Source of the DNA: Terriglobia bacterium | Lineage (GTDB): Bacteria > Acidobacteriota > Terriglobia > 20CM-2-55-15 | Length of the DNA stretch: 64,000 bases | Reading direction: 5' to 3' | Assembly: GCA_963664115.2 (NCBI GenBank) | Contig: CAXWPJ010000009.1 | Coordinates: 1,229,898 to 1,293,897 of the forward strand | Part shown: in pieces, positions 59,253-64,000 of the stretch | Layout of the letters: each line of letters opens with the position of its first letter | Numbering within the stretch: the stretch's first letter is position 1 | The notes under the pieces: generated by a model | What the model was told of the DNA's origin: nothing | The model's input: only the letters and a program-made list of their open reading frames with translations | The model's database searches: none | Made by a program: the position numbers and the translations under genes

Positions 59253-60575
59253 ATGAAGTGTTTAATCATCGCGGCCGGGAAAGGCAGTCGGCTACAGCCG
59301 AACGGTGATACCAAACCCCTCATTCCAATTTTGGGGGTTCCCCTGATCGAACGTGTCATTCGCTCTTCTCGGAGGGCCGGGGCAGATGAGTTTTTGGTGG
59401 TTACCGGATATCACGGCGACCGGATTTGTAGTTTCTTAGATGATCTGAGCGGCCGCTCGGGCATTCCCATCACCTGCATAGTCAACGAGGCTTGGGAGAA
59501 GGAGAACGGCCTTTCGGTGCTCAGAGCCCGGGAATGTTTGCATGAACCCTTCCTAATGACGATGGCAGACCATCTGTTTGACCCGTCCATTGCCCGGAAA
59601 CTGCTGGATCTTTCTGTAGCCGATGGCGAAATCGCGCTCGGTGTGGACCGGAACACTCATAATTCCCTCATCGATCTGGACGATGTCACCCGGGTGAAGA
59701 CCGTAGGTAGTCAGATCGAAAATATCGGAAAGAGTCTGACGGATTTCAATGGCTTCGACACCGGCATCTTCTTATCCACTCCCGCGATTTTTGGAGCCCT
59801 GGAGCGTTGCGCGGAGGAATCCGGCGATACGAGCCTGTCTGGGGCAGTGCAGATTCTCGCTACGGAAGGCCGGGCCAAAGCGGTCGATGTTAGTGGTCGA
59901 TTTTGGATCGATGTCGATGATCCTAAATCCTTCACCAAAGGTGAACACGCTCTGCTGGCCAACTTACGGGACAAACCCAGCGACGGTCCCGTCTCGCGGT
60001 ACTTGAACCGACCGCTGTCCGCAAGGCTTTCTCGGCGATTGGTCAACTACAGTGTCACCCCCAATCAAATTTCGCTCTTTTCTTTCCTCTTTTCTGTGCT
60101 GGCGGCCAGCTTGTTCGCACTGGGCGGATATCCCGCCCTGGTGATTGGTGGGTTTCTGGCGCAGTTCGCCTCGGTCATCGACGGTTGCGATGGCGAAATT
60201 GCGCGGCTCAAGTTCCAGGAGAGCTCTTACGGCGGGTGGTTCGATGCCGTGCTGGACCGCTATGCGGACGCCTTGCTGCTTTTGGGTCTCACCTGGCACG
60301 CCTATGCAGCCAGTACAAATAGCCTCGTCCTGCTGATCGGATTTATGGCGATTATCGGTTCCTTCATGGTGAGCTATACGGCGGACAAATACGACGGCCT
60401 CATGCAGGACCGCATCCGCCAGGGTAAAGGATTCCGTTTGGGTCGCGATGTCCGGGTCTTGCTAATTCTTCTCGGTGCACTGTTGAACCAGGTTACTTTG
60501 ACGTTGGTGGTCATTGCTACGGTGATGAACATGGAAACAATACGCCGCCTCGTTATTTGTCGGGACCATGAATAG
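59253..60575 (+). CDS. Bifunctional NTP transferase / CDP-alcohol phosphotransferase (IPCT/DIPPS-like)
   Basis: IIAAGKGSRL, KPL, MADH, FDTGIF, WIDVD; DGPVSRYLNR, TPNQI, DGCDGEIAR...GGWFDAVLD. Confidence 0.88.
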   Translation: MKCLIIAAGKGSRLQPNGDTKPLIPILGVPLIERVIRSSRRAGADEFLVVTGYHGDRICSFLDDLSGRSGIPITCIVNEAWEKENGLSVLRARECLHEPFLMTMADHLFDPSIARKLLDLSVADGEIALGVDRNTHNSLIDLDDVTRVKTVGSQIENIGKSLTDFNGFDTGIFLSTPAIFGALERCAEESGDTSLSGAVQILATEGRAKAVDVSGRFWIDVDDPKSFTKGEHALLANLRDKPSDGPVSRYLNRPLSARLSRRLVNYSVTPNQISLFSFLFSVLAASLFALGGYPALVIGGFLAQFASVIDGCDGEIARLKFQESSYGGWFDAVLDRYADALLLLGLTWHAYAASTNSLVLLIGFMAIIGSFMVSYTADKYDGLMQDRIRQGKGFRLGRDVRVLLILLGALLNQVTLTLVVIATVMNMETIRRLVICRDHE

Positions 60576-61179
60576 CATAGAATGTGCTAAGCGAAGAGTC
60601 CGTGCGACGATCGCCGGCTCCAAGATCCCGGAAGATCCCCGCCATGCAGAAAACACGCTGGAGTGGCTGTTAAGGCTTGATCCCAAGGCCGGGCAGGCGT
60701 TGCAGATCGCCGCTCTCAGTCATGATATTGATCGGGCTATAGAGGACCGAAAAGTGCGGCGCGGCGATTTCGGTGACTATGACGCATTCAAGGCCGCTCA
60801 TGCACGCAACGGGGCAAGGATTCTGCGAACCATCCTGGACGAATGCGGTGTCGATCAGCCCACCAAGGACGAGGCATGTCGGTTGGTAATACGTCATGAA
60901 GTCGGAGGTGATCTGAGTTCGGATCTCCTTAAAGACGCAGATAGTATTTCTTTTTTCGACATCAATGTGCCTTTCTACTACCAACGCGAAGGGTGGGAGG
61001 AAACCAAACGACGCTGCATTTGGGGATATCGCCGTCTCTCAGTCCGGGTGAAAGAACTCGCAAATGGCATCACGTTTGAAGATGACACGCTGACACGGTT
61101 GTTAGCGGAGGCAATGCGAGAATTTGATCTGAAGGCAAAACCCGGCAGACTGCCCGTTCAAGATCGGAGACCGGGTTGA
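60568..61179 (+). CDS. HD-superfamily/DUF4202-like protein
   Basis: HA...SHDIDRA...H...HE...LKDADS; overlaps the upstream stop by 8 nt. Confidence 0.7.
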   Translation: MNSIECAKRRVRATIAGSKIPEDPRHAENTLEWLLRLDPKAGQALQIAALSHDIDRAIEDRKVRRGDFGDYDAFKAAHARNGARILRTILDECGVDQPTKDEACRLVIRHEVGGDLSSDLLKDADSISFFDINVPFYYQREGWEETKRRCIWGYRRLSVRVKELANGITFEDDTLTRLLAEAMREFDLKAKPGRLPVQDRRPG

Positions 61180-61240
61180 GGCAGTTCAAGACTAGTTTGA
61201 AGAACTGAATGAGCGCGTGCCGGTTCCCTGATTTTGAAGG

Positions 61241-61279
61241 TCGAGTCCTGAGAAATCATCTTCTCGGACCTTGAGAATT
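61241..61279. repeat. Palindromic repeat copy R5
   Basis: TCGAGTCCTGAGAAATCATCTTCTCGGACCTTGAGAATT, ~70 bp upstream of the kinase ATG. Confidence 0.8.
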
Positions 61280-61351
61280 CATTGCCTGCTGTCCCACTCC
61301 TTCTATAGACTGCCCCCAGCCTTCTAAACACTGTTCTAGCAGCCCGTAATT

Positions 61352-64000
61352 ATGGAATCAGGCACGAAACTTGCGCACTACGAAATTCTGTCCCCGCTTG
61401 GTAAAGGCGGCATGGGAGAAGTGTGGCGTGCGAAGGATACAAAGCTCGGTCGTGAAGTCGCCATCAAGACGTTGCCTGAAGAGTTCGCACAGGATGCGGA
61501 TCGTCTAGCACGGTTCGAGCGTGAAGCTAAACTCTTAGCGTCGCTGAATCACCCAAACATTGCAGCCATTCACGGTTTTGAAGAAGACAACGGAACACAC
61601 TTCCTTGTCATGGAGCTTGTTGAAGGCGACACGCTTGCTGATCGGTTGAAACGTGGTGCGATACCTGTAGAGGACTCCCTCAAACTAGCCCTCCAGATTA
61701 CTGAAGCGTTGGAAGCTGCGCACGAAAAAGGCGTCATCCATAGAGACCTGAAACCAGCCAACATCAAAGTCACGCCCGACGGGAAAGTGAAGGTGTTGGA
61801 CTTTGGTCTCGCTAAGGCGTTTGCGGGAGATGAATCCGATGTCAGCGTGTCGAATTCACCCACGCTGAGCATGGCTGCGACCCAGCAAGGAATCATATTG
61901 GGTACAGCGGCATATATGTCGCCCGAACAGGCACGGGGCGAGACGACGGACAATCGTGCCGACATCTGGGCGTTTGGTTGCGTGTTGTTTGAGACGCTCA
62001 CTGGGGAAAAGACGTGGACCGGGCGGACTGTCACGGACGTGATTGCGGCGTTGGTCGCCCGTGAGCCTGAATGGAAACGTCTGCCTCCAAACCTGCATCC
62101 ACGCATTCGGTTTCTTCTGGAACGCTGCTTAGAGAAAGAGTCCAAAGACCGACACCACGGCATTGACGAAGCGCGTTTGGAGATTCAGAAGGCCGTGGCT
62201 GAACCGGGTGTCGCATTGACGCAGCCCGTCGCGGGGCTTGCTCAACCGAGACCGCAGTCGAAACTACCGTCGGTTGCTGTATTCGCTGTGGGATTGGTAA
62301 TCGCTGGTGTTGCCGTCTGGAACTTGAAGCCATCCGACCCACGTCCTGTCAGCCGATCAGAATATGTACTTCCAGAAGTCCGCAACTTTAGACAAACGGC
62401 GCGACCAGTCCTTACATTTTCTTCTGATGGCAGCAGATTCGTCTACAACGCAACGGGGGGGCTGTATTTGCGCTCTATTGACGAACTAGAGTCCAGGGTC
62501 ATTTCCGGAACGGAGGCCACGCTCGACAATCCGACTTTCTCGCCTGACGGTGAATGGTTAGCTTACTGGTCTGTAACGGACACTCAACTGAAGAAGATTG
62601 CCACTGTTGGCGGTGCCCCAGTGTCGTTAGCCGAGATTGCGGTCAGACCCTCTGGCATTAGTTGGGATGTGGATGATGCGATCTTGTACGGCGGGTCAGA
62701 AGGGATCATGCGTGTGTCTGCGAACGGGGGAGAGCCAGAACTGCTCATTCCGAATTTGGATGAAGGGCCCATTGTTGTGTATCCACACCTTCTACCCGAT
62801 GAAAATGCCGTCCTTTTCGGGATCGCCGCTGGGCAGGTTGGGGTGCAATCACTCGATTCAGAAGAACCGCAGTTATTGTTCCCAGGAGAGCACCCTCGAT
62901 ATGTTTCCACAGGGCATATCATCTATTTCCAAGGGGGTGCGCTTTTCGCCCTTCCGTTTGACCTAGGGGCGCTGGAGGTAACGGGTGGGCCAGTTCCCCT
63001 AGTCGAAGGGGTTCGGGGGGGACCGCCGCAATATGCAGTGTCCGAATCGGGATCGCTTATCTACGTCCCAGGGGCAGGATCAGACGCTGTTGCCAATGCG
63101 GTTCTTGCATGGGTGGATCGAAACGGAGCGCGGGAACCACTCCCCGTCCCGCCACGGCCTTATCGCCAACCGCAAATATCGCCCGACGGGACGCGCCTGG
63201 CGGTTGAAGCCGTCGACGCCAGTGGCGACAGCGACATCTGGGTTTACGATCTCGACGGTAGCACGCAGATGAGACAAATGACGGGAGAAGGGGAACAACA
63301 GTCATCCCATCTGGACTCCTGATGGTGAACGATTGACGTTTGCCTCGGATCGGGACGGCCAGGTAAGAATCTACTGGCAACTGGCCGACCTCAGTGGCGT
63401 CGCGGAGCCGCTGACCGAGCCCGAAGAAGGGCTGGAGCCAAGGCCGGACTCATGGGCCACCGATGGTCAGACTCTTGCGTTCACAAGGGGATCATCAATT
63501 GCCAGCGAGGGCGTATGGATATTTTCCCTCGATGATGGTGCCGTCACGGAAGTTTTCGCGGGGGGGAGCGTTCATCCTGGTTATTCTAATGCTGGTAGTC
63601 CTGCTTTTTCGCCGGACGGGCGATGGCTGGTGTATCGCAGGAACGTGGACGGCGAAGGCGGACAACTCTTTATGGAGCCGTTTCCAACCACGGGGACCGA
63701 ATTCAGACTGACCCAGGACGGCGGGTCCGCTCCCATGTGGTCCCGTGACGGGCGGGAACTCTTCTACCGGCGGAATGCTCAGACGATTGCTGGGCTTGCA
63801 GCAGGAGCGCGGTCCCCGAACTTAATGGCTGTGGACATCTCACTCGAAGGCACACCGGAGTGGGGCAACCAGCGCGTCCTGCCGATTGAGAGTTTCCTGG
63901 TCTTCCAGGGTTCTGTGGACTACGACATCACTCCTAACGGCGAGCGATTCATCATGGTCTTCCCCTCAGACCAGACCGAATCCGGCGAACCTGCCCGCCC
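61352..64000 (+). CDS. Ser/Thr protein kinase with TM helix and TolB/PD40 propeller; +1 frameshift near 63290; runs off the window
   Basis: GKGGMG, VAIK, HRDLKPAN, DFG, YMSPE; after removing one G the frame continues GNNSHPIWTPDG...FSPDGRWLVY...DYDITPNGERF. Confidence 0.9.

Overview
Bacterial genomic window, GC-rich. Gene content suggests Acidobacteriota (inference): Ser/Thr kinases with TolB-like propellers, an Oar-type TonB receptor, DUF6152/DUF5916-like exported proteins and a GldAFG-like ABC system. Ordinary genes include DUF885, a PafA-like phosphatase, an S9 peptidase, a type IV minor-pilin cluster followed by GT2/GT-C glycosyltransferases, an ABC exporter, pruA, a PAS-GGDEF protein, thyX and an IPCT/DIPPS-like gene. 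Mobile-element activity and decay are heavy. Four near-identical 1847-bp IS1380-family copies carry 6-bp ACTAGN target duplications, and two of them disrupt genes. There is also one IS1111-type (IS110 family) element, a 5'-half tRNA-Leu at the edge of a mosaic 8-kb region, and many gene fragments. The most striking structure is a ~40-bp palindromic repeat (5 copies) lying upstream of Ser/Thr kinase 5' ends, most of which are short stubs followed by unrelated genes. The IS1111 element is inserted in the middle of one such palindrome, and its 3' non-coding region contains loop sequences matching both strands of that palindrome, as expected of a bridge/seek RNA. All calls come from reading motifs; no database searches were run.
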